From the NCBI GenBank assembly GCA_016183535.1, contig JACPEK010000005.1, positions 1 through 57,189 on the forward strand: a DNA stretch of 57,189 bases, read 5' to 3'. Origin of the DNA: Candidatus Brennerbacteria bacterium. Its GTDB lineage: Bacteria > Patescibacteriota > Minisyncoccia > UBA6257 > GWB1-50-10. The notes beneath the pieces were generated by a model. The model was given only the letters and a program-made list of their open reading frames with translations, was not told the origin of the DNA and did no database searches. Shown here piece after piece: positions 30,557 through 39,781 of this stretch. Each line of letters starts with the position of its first letter. The stretch's first letter is position 1. The translations under genes and the position numbers were made by a program.

Positions 30557-31822
30557 TTATATCTCAAAATAACCCTGCAAAAGGTACTCCTTGGAGACCT
30601 TTTCCAATTCGTCACAGCTGAAATATTCCATAAATATTTTGTTCCAGAGCGCCTCTTGGTGGTGGTAGAGGTACTTCACGAGCTCTTTTTGTTTTACGAG
30701 CGACATCACGGTGTCGACGATATTGAAACTCACGAGTGTATTATTGCCTATCTCGTCTTTGAAATAGTCGCCCACCCACCCCAAATCCTTCCAGAACGCC
30801 ATGTCGGCCGCAAAACCATCTACCTCATCTCCCAACTTCACGAGATCCTCTTCAGCTCTCATCCAGTGAAGCGCCTCGGGATTCACCCGCGGTACCGAAA
30901 GCCGCCAGTCGTGCTCGTCATCTTTTGCGAGGTAACGTTGCACCACAAGCCAAAAAGTTTTGTCTCCCTCCGACAGGTGTCGGTCAAACACATCACCGCG
31001 CAGAAGTGAAATAACGTTTGCCGCAAAGGTCGTAGGCACCTCGGCAACGCGTCGGAACATATCGGAATAGAACGGCACCTCGTGAAGATAATGAAACACC
31101 AAGGAGAGCATCCGAAGTATCTCCCCCGAGATGCCGAGGTGAATAGGGATAACGAACACCACGCCGAGTTCCTTCAGATGACTAATGTTGTGCCACTTCT
31201 TCCGCACGAACTTTTCCGCCGCTCCCACCCATTTATCGGAAAGCGCCTGTGCCTTTACCTCGCGCTCCTCGAAGTCGTCGGGAGTAAGCGTTTCATACTG
31301 TTTAAAAAATACATTGTTCAACCACTCGCTCCCTTCAATAAAGCGAAGCGCGCTCATTACCTCGTAGAGATCCTCCTTCGCGAGCATCGTTTCCACCAAA
31401 TCGTATCCAAGATACCCCATCACTTCACGCGGCGGTTTTTTTGCAAGAAACTCTCGCGCCTTTTCCTCTTTCATAAAAAATCCTTTCCGGATTCCCGCTA
31501 CTTTTTTTGCGACCGCGAGCATGCGCTCGCAGTCGTTGCAATCAGAACACTTCGGTTCCCCGAACGCCTTGAATATTATGTGGTCGTCTGCCTCTATCTT
31601 GGAGATAAGCGCGTCGTAGACCTCGCGCGCGCCTGCTCCGCCAGCTGGTGGATTCGCAACCCCAAGCGTAAGAAGACAGCGCTCCACCGCCGCGGAGTTC
31701 TCATCCACAATCCTCTCCAGCACCCCTTTCTTCCCCGTCACCGTGGAGAGACGCGCGTCTATTTTCGCAAGATAGTCCCGATCGGTGCGAAGGATATTAG
31801 ATAACTTTTCAATGGCAGTCAT
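30557..31822 (-). CDS. hypothetical protein (421 aa), function unknown
   Basis: Long ORF between fba and the PfkB kinase, bounded by AT-rich hairpin spacers. No motif I can name. Confidence 0.6.
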   Translation of the reverse strand: MTAIEKLSNILRTDRDYLAKIDARLSTVTGKKGVLERIVDENSAAVERCLLTLGVANPPAGGAGAREVYDALISKIEADDHIIFKAFGEPKCSDCNDCERMLAVAKKVAGIRKGFFMKEEKAREFLAKKPPREVMGYLGYDLVETMLAKEDLYEVMSALRFIEGSEWLNNVFFKQYETLTPDDFEEREVKAQALSDKWVGAAEKFVRKKWHNISHLKELGVVFVIPIHLGISGEILRMLSLVFHYLHEVPFYSDMFRRVAEVPTTFAANVISLLRGDVFDRHLSEGDKTFWLVVQRYLAKDDEHDWRLSVPRVNPEALHWMRAEEDLVKLGDEVDGFAADMAFWKDLGWVGDYFKDEIGNNTLVSFNIVDTVMSLVKQKELVKYLYHHQEALWNKIFMEYFSCDELEKVSKEYLLQGYFEI

Positions 31823-31828
31823 AAATAA

Positions 31829-31892
31829 TAATTGAAGAATGGAAAAATAGAAAAGGCGGAACCTTTTAATTTTTCAATGTCCAATTTTTAAT
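31829..31892. repeat. family-1-like AT-rich hairpin spacer
   Basis: TAATTGAAGAATGGAAAAATAG...TTTTAATTTTTCAATGTCCAATTTTTAATT. Confidence 0.55.
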
Positions 31893-31894
31893 TA

Positions 31895-32899
31895 CTACAG
31901 TGGTTCCACGTCCAAACTTAAATATTTGAACCGGTTTGTGGTGAAGTTCTTTGCGGTCAATATTCCCTCCTGCGCGCCCACCTGTTCCACCACCGCAGTC
32001 GCATTCGCCGAGGCGAGACGAAGTGCGTAGTGCACGTCCCGTTTTTGTATAAGTCCCGCCACAAATCCGGCACCAAACGCATCCCCCGCGCCCGTGCGGT
32101 CCACTAGCTTCTTTTCTTTAAAAGTCTCCGCGATATAGAGATATCTTCCGTCCGAAACTTTCGCGCCGCGCGGCCCGTCGGTGACGACCGCAAGTCCCGG
32201 CACGAGGTCGTCGAAACGCTTGAATATCTTCCGTTCTTTCGAAAAATCAAATCCAGTGAGAAGCGTCGCTTCTTCGCGGTTCACAATAACCACGTCGAGC
32301 AGAGAGAGTAACGGCTTCATTTTTTCCGCACCCATTTTCACGTAAGCGCCGGAAGGATTCATTGCGACGGAGGTTCCCCGCTTTTTCAACGACACCACCA
32401 GTTCCCGCATGAGCGCCATAGGAAGCGCGCCGGGAGTAAGGTACGCCCATCGTGCGGAAAGCTTGTTCCATGGAATATCGCGCCGCGCGAGATCCTCCGA
32501 GGCGCCGCCATAGGAAAGAATGGTGCGCTCGCCGCCCGCAGTAAGGAGTACTACGGAATATGCGCTGGCTGTTTTTTTATCACGCGCCGCGAACGACGTT
32601 ATTTTTTCGCGCTTCAAGTGCGCGAGAAGAGCGTCGCCGCTCTCGTCCTCTCCCACCTTCACGAGCGCGCCGGTCGTAAGCCCCTGCCGCGCGAAAGTAA
32701 CCGCGGCATTCACCGCACCGCCCCCAAACGCAAACACCGGCGCTTCAACCGAAAGTTTGCTCCCCAGCGCAAAACACTCCGCCTCCCCCGTCACGAATCC
32801 GAGTTTTTTCAAATGCTCCGGGTCGCGGAGCACCTTGAACTTAGGGCTCCGGAGAAACACATCGCGCGTCGCGGTACCAATGGTGATGATGTCAAACAT
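31895..32899 (-). CDS. PfkB-family carbohydrate kinase (ribokinase-like)
   Basis: DIITIGTATRDVF N-terminus and TGAGDAFGAGFVAGL ATP/anion-hole motif. Confidence 0.9.
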   Translation of the reverse strand: MFDIITIGTATRDVFLRSPKFKVLRDPEHLKKLGFVTGEAECFALGSKLSVEAPVFAFGGGAVNAAVTFARQGLTTGALVKVGEDESGDALLAHLKREKITSFAARDKKTASAYSVVLLTAGGERTILSYGGASEDLARRDIPWNKLSARWAYLTPGALPMALMRELVVSLKKRGTSVAMNPSGAYVKMGAEKMKPLLSLLDVVIVNREEATLLTGFDFSKERKIFKRFDDLVPGLAVVTDGPRGAKVSDGRYLYIAETFKEKKLVDRTGAGDAFGAGFVAGLIQKRDVHYALRLASANATAVVEQVGAQEGILTAKNFTTNRFKYLSLDVEPL

Positions 32900-33016
32900 A
32901 AAACAAAAACTCTAAACAAATTTGAAATTCTAAACCAAAATGTTCAAAACGTTTAGGACTTGGGATTTTGGTCATTGGAATTTGTTTAGGATTTAGGATT
33001 TCGTGCTTAGGATTTA
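32900..33016. repeat. family-2 long imperfect inverted repeat (about 115 nt)
   Basis: AAAACAAAAACTCTAAACAAATTTGAAATTCTAAACC...GGTCATTGGAATTTGTTTAGGATTTAGGATTTCGTGCTTAGGATTTACG. The right end supplies the last codons of tkt-C. Confidence 0.75.
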
Positions 33017-34002
33017 CGCCGCTTTGCACGTTTCACGGCGCTCTTGATATCGCCCACCCCCATCCCATAAAACTCGAGGAGCTCCTCCGAAGGTCCCGAC
33101 TGGCCAAAGGTGTCGTGAAGCCCCACGAATTCTATAGGAACAGGTCCTTCTTTAGCAAAGAATTCCGCGACCGCCCCGCCAAGCCCGCCAGCAACTTGGT
33201 GTTCTTCGGCAACGACGAGCGCACCGGTACGGTTCGCAAGCGCGCGAAGCGCCGGGCCGTCCAATGGTTTTACGGTGTGCACGTTGATGACCGCCACTTC
33301 GATGCCATCGGCTTTGAGCTCCTGCGCGGCGCGAAGCGCCGTCGCCACCAAAAGCCCGCACGCGACGATTCCCACCTCCGGTTTTTTTGAATCCCAAAAA
33401 AGCTCGGCTTTGCCCGGCGTGAAAGGCGTTTTACCGGTCGTCATCACCGGTGATTTTTCGCGCGCGAACCTTAGGTAGACTGGCCCTTTGATTTTTGCGG
33501 CCGCGAGAGTTGCCTTCTTCGCTTCCACCGCGTCGCACGGAACAATAACCTTCATGTTCGGCATGGTGCGCATCCACGCGATGTCCTCGGTCGCCTGGTG
33601 CGTCGCGCCGTCCGGCCCCACCGACACTCCCGCATGGTGCCCCGCGATTTTCACGTTCGCATCGTTATAGGCGATGGTAGTGCGTATCTGCTCGAGGTTC
33701 CGCCCCGGCGAGAAGGTGGCGTAGGACGAGATGAAGGGGGTTTTCCCGGAAATGCCAAGTCCCGCCGCGATCGTCGCCATATTCTGCTCGGCCACGCCAC
33801 ATTCGAAGAACCGCTCCGGATATTTTTTTGCGAACGCCTCGGTTCGAGTTGATTCGGATAGGTCTGCGGTTAATACCACTACGCTCTTATTTGTCTCGCC
33901 GAGCGCGAGAAGTCCTTCACCGTACCCGTCGCGCGTCGCGCGCCGCCCTTCGGCATCGACTTTGAACATGTTTTGATTCAGTTTTGCGAATGGTTCGAAC
34001 AT
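33007..34002 (-). CDS. tkt: transketolase, C-terminal subunit (pyrimidine-binding plus C-terminal domains)
   Basis: GVAEQNM, GPDGATHQATEDIA. Lies directly downstream of the N-terminal subunit. Confidence 0.95.
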   Translation of the reverse strand: MFEPFAKLNQNMFKVDAEGRRATRDGYGEGLLALGETNKSVVVLTADLSESTRTEAFAKKYPERFFECGVAEQNMATIAAGLGISGKTPFISSYATFSPGRNLEQIRTTIAYNDANVKIAGHHAGVSVGPDGATHQATEDIAWMRTMPNMKVIVPCDAVEAKKATLAAAKIKGPVYLRFAREKSPVMTTGKTPFTPGKAELFWDSKKPEVGIVACGLLVATALRAAQELKADGIEVAVINVHTVKPLDGPALRALANRTGALVVAEEHQVAGGLGGAVAEFFAKEGPVPIEFVGLHDTFGQSGPSEELLEFYGMGVGDIKSAVKRAKRRKS

Positions 34003-34004
34003 AT

Positions 34005-34865
34005 TTATTCGTGTTCCGATCTGATGCGCTTCCCGAGTGTGCGGAGCTCGCTCAAGGCCGCTTTTGCCTCGTCCTTTTTAGGCGCCTTGCCGTGCCACGC
34101 GTAGTCGCCCTCCATAAAACTCACACCCTTCCCCGGAATCGTATGCGCGAAGATCACGGTTGGTTTCTCGTAGATGGCTCGTGCCTCGTGCACCACATCC
34201 ACAAATCGTTCAATATTATGTCCATCTATCTCGAGCACGTTCCATCGGAACGCCTCGTATTTCGCGCGGAGCGATTCCAAAGGCATCACCTCTTCAGTCG
34301 CGCCATCTATTTGAATATTGTTCCGATCCACGATCGCGGTGAGGTTTGAAATCCGGTATTTCCCCGCGAACATCACCGCCTCCCAATGGTTTCCCTCTTG
34401 GTGCTCACCGTCCGAGGTGATGCAATAGGTGCGATATTTATTTTGGTCGAGCTTCGCCGCAAGCGCCACGCCGATCGCCTGCGACAATCCCGATCCGAGC
34501 GGCCCCGAGGTGGTCTCAAGCCCCGGAAGCGATGTGCGGTGGGGGTGCCCCTGCAAACGCGAGTGAAGCTTCCGTAAAGTCTTCAGTTCCTCGATCGGAA
34601 AATATCCCGCGTACGCCATCGCCACATAGCGAATCGGCGCGATGTGGCCATTCGAAAGAATGAGCCGGTCGCGGAGGGCCCAGTCGGGCTTCTTCGGGTT
34701 GTGGTTCAAGACGTGGAAATAGAGCGCGGCGAAGATGTCGGCCATGCCGAGGGGTCCCGCCGAGTGCCCGCTCCCCGCCTCGACAAGCGTCTGGATAAGA
34801 GTCTCCCGCATCCGGTTCGCCAGTTCCTCTAAATATTTCAGTTTTTCCTCGTGTAAAGGTTCCAT
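34005..34865 (-). CDS. tkt: transketolase, N-terminal (TPP-binding) subunit
   Basis: GHSAGPLGMADI, SNGHIAP, ITSDGEHQEGNHWEA. Confidence 0.95.
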   Translation of the reverse strand: MEPLHEEKLKYLEELANRMRETLIQTLVEAGSGHSAGPLGMADIFAALYFHVLNHNPKKPDWALRDRLILSNGHIAPIRYVAMAYAGYFPIEELKTLRKLHSRLQGHPHRTSLPGLETTSGPLGSGLSQAIGVALAAKLDQNKYRTYCITSDGEHQEGNHWEAVMFAGKYRISNLTAIVDRNNIQIDGATEEVMPLESLRAKYEAFRWNVLEIDGHNIERFVDVVHEARAIYEKPTVIFAHTIPGKGVSFMEGDYAWHGKAPKKDEAKAALSELRTLGKRIRSEHE

Positions 34866-34902
34866 AGTGAGATAATGCGATTTCCTCCATTATACCCCAA
34901 AC

Positions 34903-34930
34903 AAAAAAACCCTGCCTACCGGCAGGCAGG
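34903..34930 (-). terminator. rho-independent terminator after rpe
   Basis: Minus strand: CCTGCCTGCCGGTAGGCAGG followed by GTTTTTTTG. Confidence 0.6.
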
Positions 34931-34935
34931 CCCGC

Positions 34936-35598
34936 TCATGCCTCCAAAAACTCCTGATACGCGGCGAGCGGATCACGCGCGGCGAAGATATATGAACTTG
35001 ATGCGACAATGTCCGCGCCAGCTTCCTTAAGCCGGCGCGCGACGGCGGGTGTCACGCCGCCGTCAATCTCAATCGTCGCCTCGGGCGCGCGATCGCGGAG
35101 ATACTCAAGCTTTTCAAACGTCCCCTCGTCGAACGCCTGACCGGAGGGTCCAGGCGCGACGGCAAGGAGTTGGATGAAAAGCGTCTCACCAAGGTAAGGC
35201 ACGAGCTCGTCAACCGACGTGCGAGGTGCGATGGCGAGTCCAAGCTCCGCCCCCGCCGCGCCGCACATCCGCTCAAGTTCGCAAAAAAAGTCATAGGAAT
35301 TTTCTTTTGGGAATACCTCCACATGGACAATGGCGCGGCGCACGCCGGCCGCGAGCCATTTCGCCAGCACCGGTTTTACGTCCCGCACCATGAGATGCGC
35401 TTCCGCGAACGCGTCCTCTAATCCCTCTTTTTTGAGGAGCGCGGGGAGTTCTGCGGGGTCGTTCCAGGTAACAGTCGGCGCGAAAGTGCCGTCCGACACG
35501 TCGAACTTCACTTTTTCAGAACCGAGAAGCGCCGCGATCCCGAGCGCACGCCGCACACATTCCTCGTCACCGCAGTTGATCGTCGGAATGATTTCCAT
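34936..35598 (-). CDS. rpe: ribulose-phosphate 3-epimerase-like protein
   Basis: FDVSDGTF, HLMV, VHVE, GPSGQAF, IEIDGGV. ATG at 35598 preferred over the ORF-track start at 35667. Confidence 0.8.
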   Translation of the reverse strand: MEIIPTINCGDEECVRRALGIAALLGSEKVKFDVSDGTFAPTVTWNDPAELPALLKKEGLEDAFAEAHLMVRDVKPVLAKWLAAGVRRAIVHVEVFPKENSYDFFCELERMCGAAGAELGLAIAPRTSVDELVPYLGETLFIQLLAVAPGPSGQAFDEGTFEKLEYLRDRAPEATIEIDGGVTPAVARRLKEAGADIVASSSYIFAARDPLAAYQEFLEA

Positions 35599-35605
35599 CC
35601 TTTCA

Positions 35606-36073
35606 TTATTCCCGTAGCCGGAGCGTCTCCGCCTCAATTTGCGTAAGTTTCTGAAGTCTCCGCACAAAGCGGGGTTCTTTCGAAAAAGGAGTGGCGAGCC
35701 ACGTCACGGCGATTTTTTCGGCCGCCGCGCCGTCGAGATAATTTGCCCCAAGACAAAGCACATTCGCGTTGTCGTCGTTCCGGCTGTCGAACGCCTGGTC
35801 GGGACTGCCGACCTGCGCCGCCCGTATGTTCGGAAATTTGTTCGCCACCACCGACACGCCCACGCCGGAACCGCACAGCAAAATACCGCGGCTTGTTTCT
35901 ACGTTCGCGCTCACTTTTTCCGCGGCCGCGGCCGCGATGTCGGTATAATCGTCGCTCTCATCGTATGCGGCGGCGCCTAGATCCACGACGGGATAGCCGC
36001 GCCGCGCAAGCGCGCCCTTCAGGAACTCCTTAAGCTCAAATCCGCGATGATCCGCGCCGAGATAAACAACCAT
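35606..36073 (-). CDS. rpiB: ribose-5-phosphate isomerase B
   Basis: MVVYLGADHRGFELKEFLK, LLCGSGVGVSVVANK. The ORF-track extension to 36130 runs into the IS terminal repeat. Confidence 0.9.
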   Translation of the reverse strand: MVVYLGADHRGFELKEFLKGALARRGYPVVDLGAAAYDESDDYTDIAAAAAEKVSANVETSRGILLCGSGVGVSVVANKFPNIRAAQVGSPDQAFDSRNDDNANVLCLGANYLDGAAAEKIAVTWLATPFSKEPRFVRRLQKLTQIEAETLRLRE

Positions 36074-36170
36074 ATATGGATTATCGGCGATTATTTTTCG
36101 ATTTTCAATTGCGGGTGGCCTGACCCCCATATGTTAGACACAAAGGTCGAAGTGGATATACCCTTGTGTC

Positions 36171-36428
36171 ATGAAGAAAACACATCGTATCGCTCCTGAG
36201 GTGCGGGAACAGATACTCAAACGCATTAAAGAGGAGGGAATACCGGTGGCGGCCGCGGCGAAAGACGCGGGCATCTCGGAAGCCACCATATACGGCTGGC
36301 TCGGGAAGGGGGTGAAGAGCGCTCCGACGATCGGCGAACTCGTGCGCGTGAAGCGCCAGAATGAGGAGCTCCTCGCCCTCGTGGGCGAGCTCACCCTCAA
36401 GATGTCCCAGTCCCAAAAAAAGGGTTGA
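36171..36428 (+). CDS. IS3-family transposase OrfA (HTH)
   Basis: 85 aa. HTH GISEATIYGWL and a leucine-zipper-like tail. Confidence 0.85.
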   Translation: MKKTHRIAPEVREQILKRIKEEGIPVAAAAKDAGISEATIYGWLGKGVKSAPTIGELVRVKRQNEELLALVGELTLKMSQSQKKG

Positions 36429-37234
36429 TCAAACGTCAGGGAAAAACGAGGTGGATGCTCGCGAGGGAACTCGGCATCTCCCGCGCCTCCCTCTACTACG
36501 TCTCGAAGCAGTCGCCGAAGGATTGGGCGCTCAAGGAACGGATCAGTGCGATATTGCAGGAGCATCCCTCCTGCGGCTTCCGGAGAGTGGCGCTGGAGCT
36601 CCGCATCAACAAAAAAAGAGCCCAACGTGTGATGAGGATTTTTGGCATGCGAGCCCATCGCCGGAGGGGCAGAAAGCCAAGGAAAACCGGCCTTGCGAGC
36701 ATCCTCTACCCCAACCTCCTCTCGACCAACTATCCGAGAGGACTGAACGACATCTGGGTTGCCGATTTCACGTATATCCCGTACCGGGGGAAGTTCCTGT
36801 ATTTGGCGACGGTCATGGATCTCTTCGCACGGGAGATCGTGGGTGCCGCGGTCATGGCAAACCACTCTGTGCCGCTCGTCTTGCAGGCGCTCTTCGCCGC
36901 CACTCTGCATCACCCGCGTCCCGACGTCTTCCATTCAGACAACGGGAGAGAGTATGGCGCAACGATATTCACGCGGGCGCTCACGGAGCTTGGCATTGCG
37001 ATCTCACGAAGTGCAAAGGCATCACCGTGGCAGAACGGATATCAGGAATCGTTCTACTCGCAGTTCAAGGTGGATCTCGGTGACCCTGAGCGCTTCAAGA
37101 CCCTGGGGGAACTCGTCTATGAGATCCATCGCCTTATCTGGGACTACAACCATCGGAGAATCCACTCCGTGCTCAAAATGCCGCCGAAACTGTTCGCCAA
37201 TCGCTACCAGAAACTCTTAGAAAAGGTGTCTTAA
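36425..37234 (+). CDS. IS3-family transposase OrfB (DDE/rve integrase core)
   Basis: WVADFTYI (D), HSDNGREYG (D), PWQNGYQESF (E). Probably expressed as an OrfAB fusion. Confidence 0.9.
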   Translation: MIKRQGKTRWMLARELGISRASLYYVSKQSPKDWALKERISAILQEHPSCGFRRVALELRINKKRAQRVMRIFGMRAHRRRGRKPRKTGLASILYPNLLSTNYPRGLNDIWVADFTYIPYRGKFLYLATVMDLFAREIVGAAVMANHSVPLVLQALFAATLHHPRPDVFHSDNGREYGATIFTRALTELGIAISRSAKASPWQNGYQESFYSQFKVDLGDPERFKTLGELVYEIHRLIWDYNHRRIHSVLKMPPKLFANRYQKLLEKVS

Positions 37235-37315
37235 GTTTGGGGGTCTTTACAGTGGTAGGAATCACTCTCATCATTGCTTTAGCCACGTCAGATTAAAATC
37301 TAGAGTTTCCGGAAC

Positions 37316-37435
37316 ATGACTTGGTATCAAATTCTCACAGTGGTAGTGATTGGAGCATTGGTTTTCTATATTTGGTCGAAGATTTCCAACCTTGAAGATC
37401 GAGTTGAGAAGCTCGAAAAAGACGATAGACCATAG
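37316..37435 (+). CDS. possible small membrane protein (39 aa)
   Basis: MTWYQILTVVVIGALVFYIWSKISNLEDRVEKLEKDDRP: one TM helix plus a charged tail. Below the ORF-track cutoff. A truncated paralog-like tail (VVGITLIIALATSD*) abuts the IS right end. Confidence 0.25.
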   Translation: MTWYQILTVVVIGALVFYIWSKISNLEDRVEKLEKDDRP

Positions 37436-37689
37436 TTTCTATTGGGGTTACTGTTTCTCTTTCCGTCAATTTTTCCCTCCTTATACCGTCTTGCGCCTCA
37501 TACTAAGCTGCCCTCATACGATGCACGTTATGCGTTTCCCTCCAAAGCTTCTTTTCATAAAAGGTTCTAACCATTCGCGCTGAATTGCTACTCCCTCGTG
37601 AGTGGCGATTTCTTGACGCACCCCGCTCGGCGTGGGAAAGTGAAGTCCGACACTAACCGATTCTTAACAAAAATATAAAGGGGAAGAAA

Positions 37690-38070
37690 TTGGAACTTAC
37701 CAAAGACCAAGCTAAAGAAGTAATCGAAACAGCCCTTTCCTACGTCGGTCACCCCTATGATTCAAAAGAGTTCAATTGTGTGGGCTTCGTCCGTACCGTC
37801 TACCGCACAATCGGAATTAAAATCTCGCCCCTCAAAAGCTGTGCGCCGCCCGCCGAGCTCAACTTATCGGCCGAGCAGGCAAAGGACCTTCCGGTCGGCC
37901 ACCTGATGTTTCTGAAAGACAGGGACGATCCGAGAAAAGAAAGGAGCTGGACTCACGTAGTCATAATACTCACGAAGGAGACGTGCATTCATTGCTCGCT
38001 CTTCTTCGGGCGAAAGGTCACGATTTCCTCTTTTGCAGAGATGTATTGTAAATATGACGTTGTGATATGA
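37690..38070 (+). CDS. NlpC/P60 (C40) family cysteine peptidase-like protein
   Basis: FNCVGFVRTVY (catalytic Cys context) and WTHVVIIL (His). TTG start preceded by AAGGGG. Confidence 0.65.
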   Translation: MELTKDQAKEVIETALSYVGHPYDSKEFNCVGFVRTVYRTIGIKISPLKSCAPPAELNLSAEQAKDLPVGHLMFLKDRDDPRKERSWTHVVIILTKETCIHCSLFFGRKVTISSFAEMYCKYDVVI

Positions 38071-38072
38071 CA

Positions 38073-38100
38073 AACCACCCGAAAATGTAGGGTGGTTTTT
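38073..38100 (+). terminator. rho-independent terminator
   Basis: AACCACCC-gaaaatgta-GGGTGGTT followed by TTT. Confidence 0.6.
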
Positions 38101-38131
38101 CATTACCACCCCCACCCCCTATACTGAAAGC

Positions 38132-38596
38132 ATGAATGGGGATGGCGAAAAAATCAGCTTCGAAAAGGCCACCGTGGAAGACGTGGACCAATTCGTCACG
38201 CTTGAGAAGAAGGTCGTCGGCCTCAAAACGTATTCGGGAATTACCGGTAAGGAAGAAGCGAAGACAGAGATAGAGCAGAACGAGGTCTATTTTATTAAGA
38301 AAGAGGATAAGGTTGTCGGGACTACCGAGTATCAGATACAAGGACCCGATGCCGCCTATCTCGGCGGGTTAGTTGTTGATCCTGAATTTTGGGGGCAGGG
38401 AATTGCGCGGCAGGCAATAGAATTTCGACTTGATAAGCTTCGAGACATAAAGCGTGTTTGGCTCGTGACCCACCCGCACAACAGTAAAATCATCCGGCTC
38501 TATCTTTCCTACAGTTTTATCGTGGAAGCATGGAAAGATAACTACTATGGAGATGGGGAACCGCGCCTTGTGCTTGCGCGAGAGCGCTCCATCTAA
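38132..38596 (+). CDS. GNAT family N-acetyltransferase
   Basis: LVVDPEFWGQGIARQAIEF acetyl-CoA binding motif (Q/RxxGxG/A). Confidence 0.8.
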   Translation: MNGDGEKISFEKATVEDVDQFVTLEKKVVGLKTYSGITGKEEAKTEIEQNEVYFIKKEDKVVGTTEYQIQGPDAAYLGGLVVDPEFWGQGIARQAIEFRLDKLRDIKRVWLVTHPHNSKIIRLYLSYSFIVEAWKDNYYGDGEPRLVLARERSI

Positions 38597-38630
38597 AGTG
38601 AAATAAAACTGTCTCTCATCTTGTACTACT

Positions 38631-38840
38631 ATGACAGGGATGGGAGAACCGACTTCGGACGAGGATATCGTGAAACGGGTGCAGGAGGGAGATGCCGAAG
38701 CATTCGGCGTTTTAGTTGAGCGGTATGAAGCCCGGCTTCTTCGGTACGCACGGCGGTTTCTTCTCGAAGTAGCCGACGCCGAGGATCTCGTCCAGGAGGT
38801 CTTTATCAGCGCCTATGAGAACATACGAAGCTTTGACGCG
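38631..38840 (+). pseudogene. ECF-type sigma-70 factor, 5' fragment truncated by IS insertion
   Basis: The first 70 codons encode region 2 (DAEAFGVLVERYEARLLRYARRFL...AEDLVQEVFISAYENIRSFDA). The reading frame then runs into the IS left end at 38841. No region 4 is found downstream. Confidence 0.7.
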
Positions 38841-39121
38841 TGGCCTGACCCCCATATATTAGACACAAAGGTCGAAGTGAATATACCCTTGTGTCATGAA
38901 GAAAACATACCGCACCGCTCCCGAAGTGAAGGAGCAGATACTGAAGCGAATCAAAGAAGAAGGGATCCTGGTCTCTCAGGCTGCGAAAGAGCACGGCCTG
39001 AATCCCGCCACCATATACAACTGGCTTGGGAGAGGGGTGAAAGGCACTCCCACAATCGGAGAACTCGTTCGCCTCAAACGCCTGAATGAGGAGCTCCTCG
39101 CCCTCGTGGGCGAGCTCACCC
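38841..39121 (+). mobile_element. 5' fragment of a second, diverged IS3-family element (left IR plus most of orfA)
   Basis: Same terminal TGGCCTGACCCCCATAT and an orfA homolog (ORF 38896..39219). Similarity to the first copy ends after GAGCTCACCCTC at about 39121. No orfB follows. Confidence 0.75.
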
Positions 39122-39251
39122 TCGTGCGCGGGAAGGTAGGAGCGCTGCCATCCACGAAAACCACTCTCCTAAAAAATGAAAAGCTCTATGCATACTTCAT
39201 AGAGCTTTCGAATCAATGAAGCTTGCTTCATGAGCGACCTGTCCGTCCGCA

Positions 39252-39647
39252 TTAGCGGAGCAGGACCATCTTCTTCGTCGCGGTGAAGGCGTTCGCTCCG
39301 ACGCTACGGTCGGAGTGCGCTTCAATCCGCACAAAGTAGATGCCGCTCGGGAGTCCGGAGGCATCCCACGTTGTCCGGTGGGTGCCGGCCGAGACCTCCT
39401 CGTCAATCAATGTTGCTACCTCTTGGCCAATTACGTTGTACACCGCAAGGCGTATATGGCTTCGGTCGGGAAGCGTAAACTCGATCGTCGTACTCGGATT
39501 GAACGGGTTCGGGTAGTTCTGATGCAGTGAGTAGCTAGCGGGGAGCAGTGAGTAACCGTCCTCTTCCACCGACACCGGCATATCGATCGCCCCGTCCACG
39601 CGGTAGAGGGTGTTGTAGGTTCCCACCAAAAGCGATTTGTCTTTCAC
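39252..39647 (-). pseudogene. 5'-truncated gene fragment encoding a T9SS type-A C-terminal sorting domain
   Basis: LHQNYPNPFNPSTTIEFTLPDRSHIRLAVYNVIGQEV...GLPSGIYFVRIE. Near-duplicate of the C-terminus of the 46059..47363 gene. Only 131 codons and no signal peptide. Confidence 0.6.
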
Positions 39648-39781
39648 TGCGAGCGAGAAGACGGCGAGAACGGAATCCGAGACAATCTGCGTTCACGCTT
39701 TCATGTCGTACTAAAATTTTTGCCGGAAAATCGAGTTTGGTATAAATTTTAAGCGCGTATATAATTTCCTTAACATACAAT

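Larger units (their letters stand above)
36116..37252 (+). mobile_element. IS3-family insertion sequence (orfA/orfB with -1 frameshift site)
   Basis: Left end TGGCCTGACCCCCATATGTTAGACAC. Right end GTGTCTTAAGTTTGGGGGTCTTTACA, an imperfect inverted repeat of TG...CA type. Slippery A_AAA_AAG at 36416-36422 in the orfA frame; orfB is in the -1 frame. Confidence 0.85.

Noticed and set aside
35606-36130. Longer rpiB start (36130) given by the ORF track.
   Set aside because: The extension reads into the IS3 left terminal repeat. The conserved RpiB N-terminus MVVYLGADHRG begins at 36073.
38896-39219. 107-aa ORF treated as an intact gene.
   Set aside because: Only the first 75 codons or so are IS3 OrfA-like. 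The rest is read-through past the truncation point at about 39121 into unrelated DNA, so it is part of an IS remnant.
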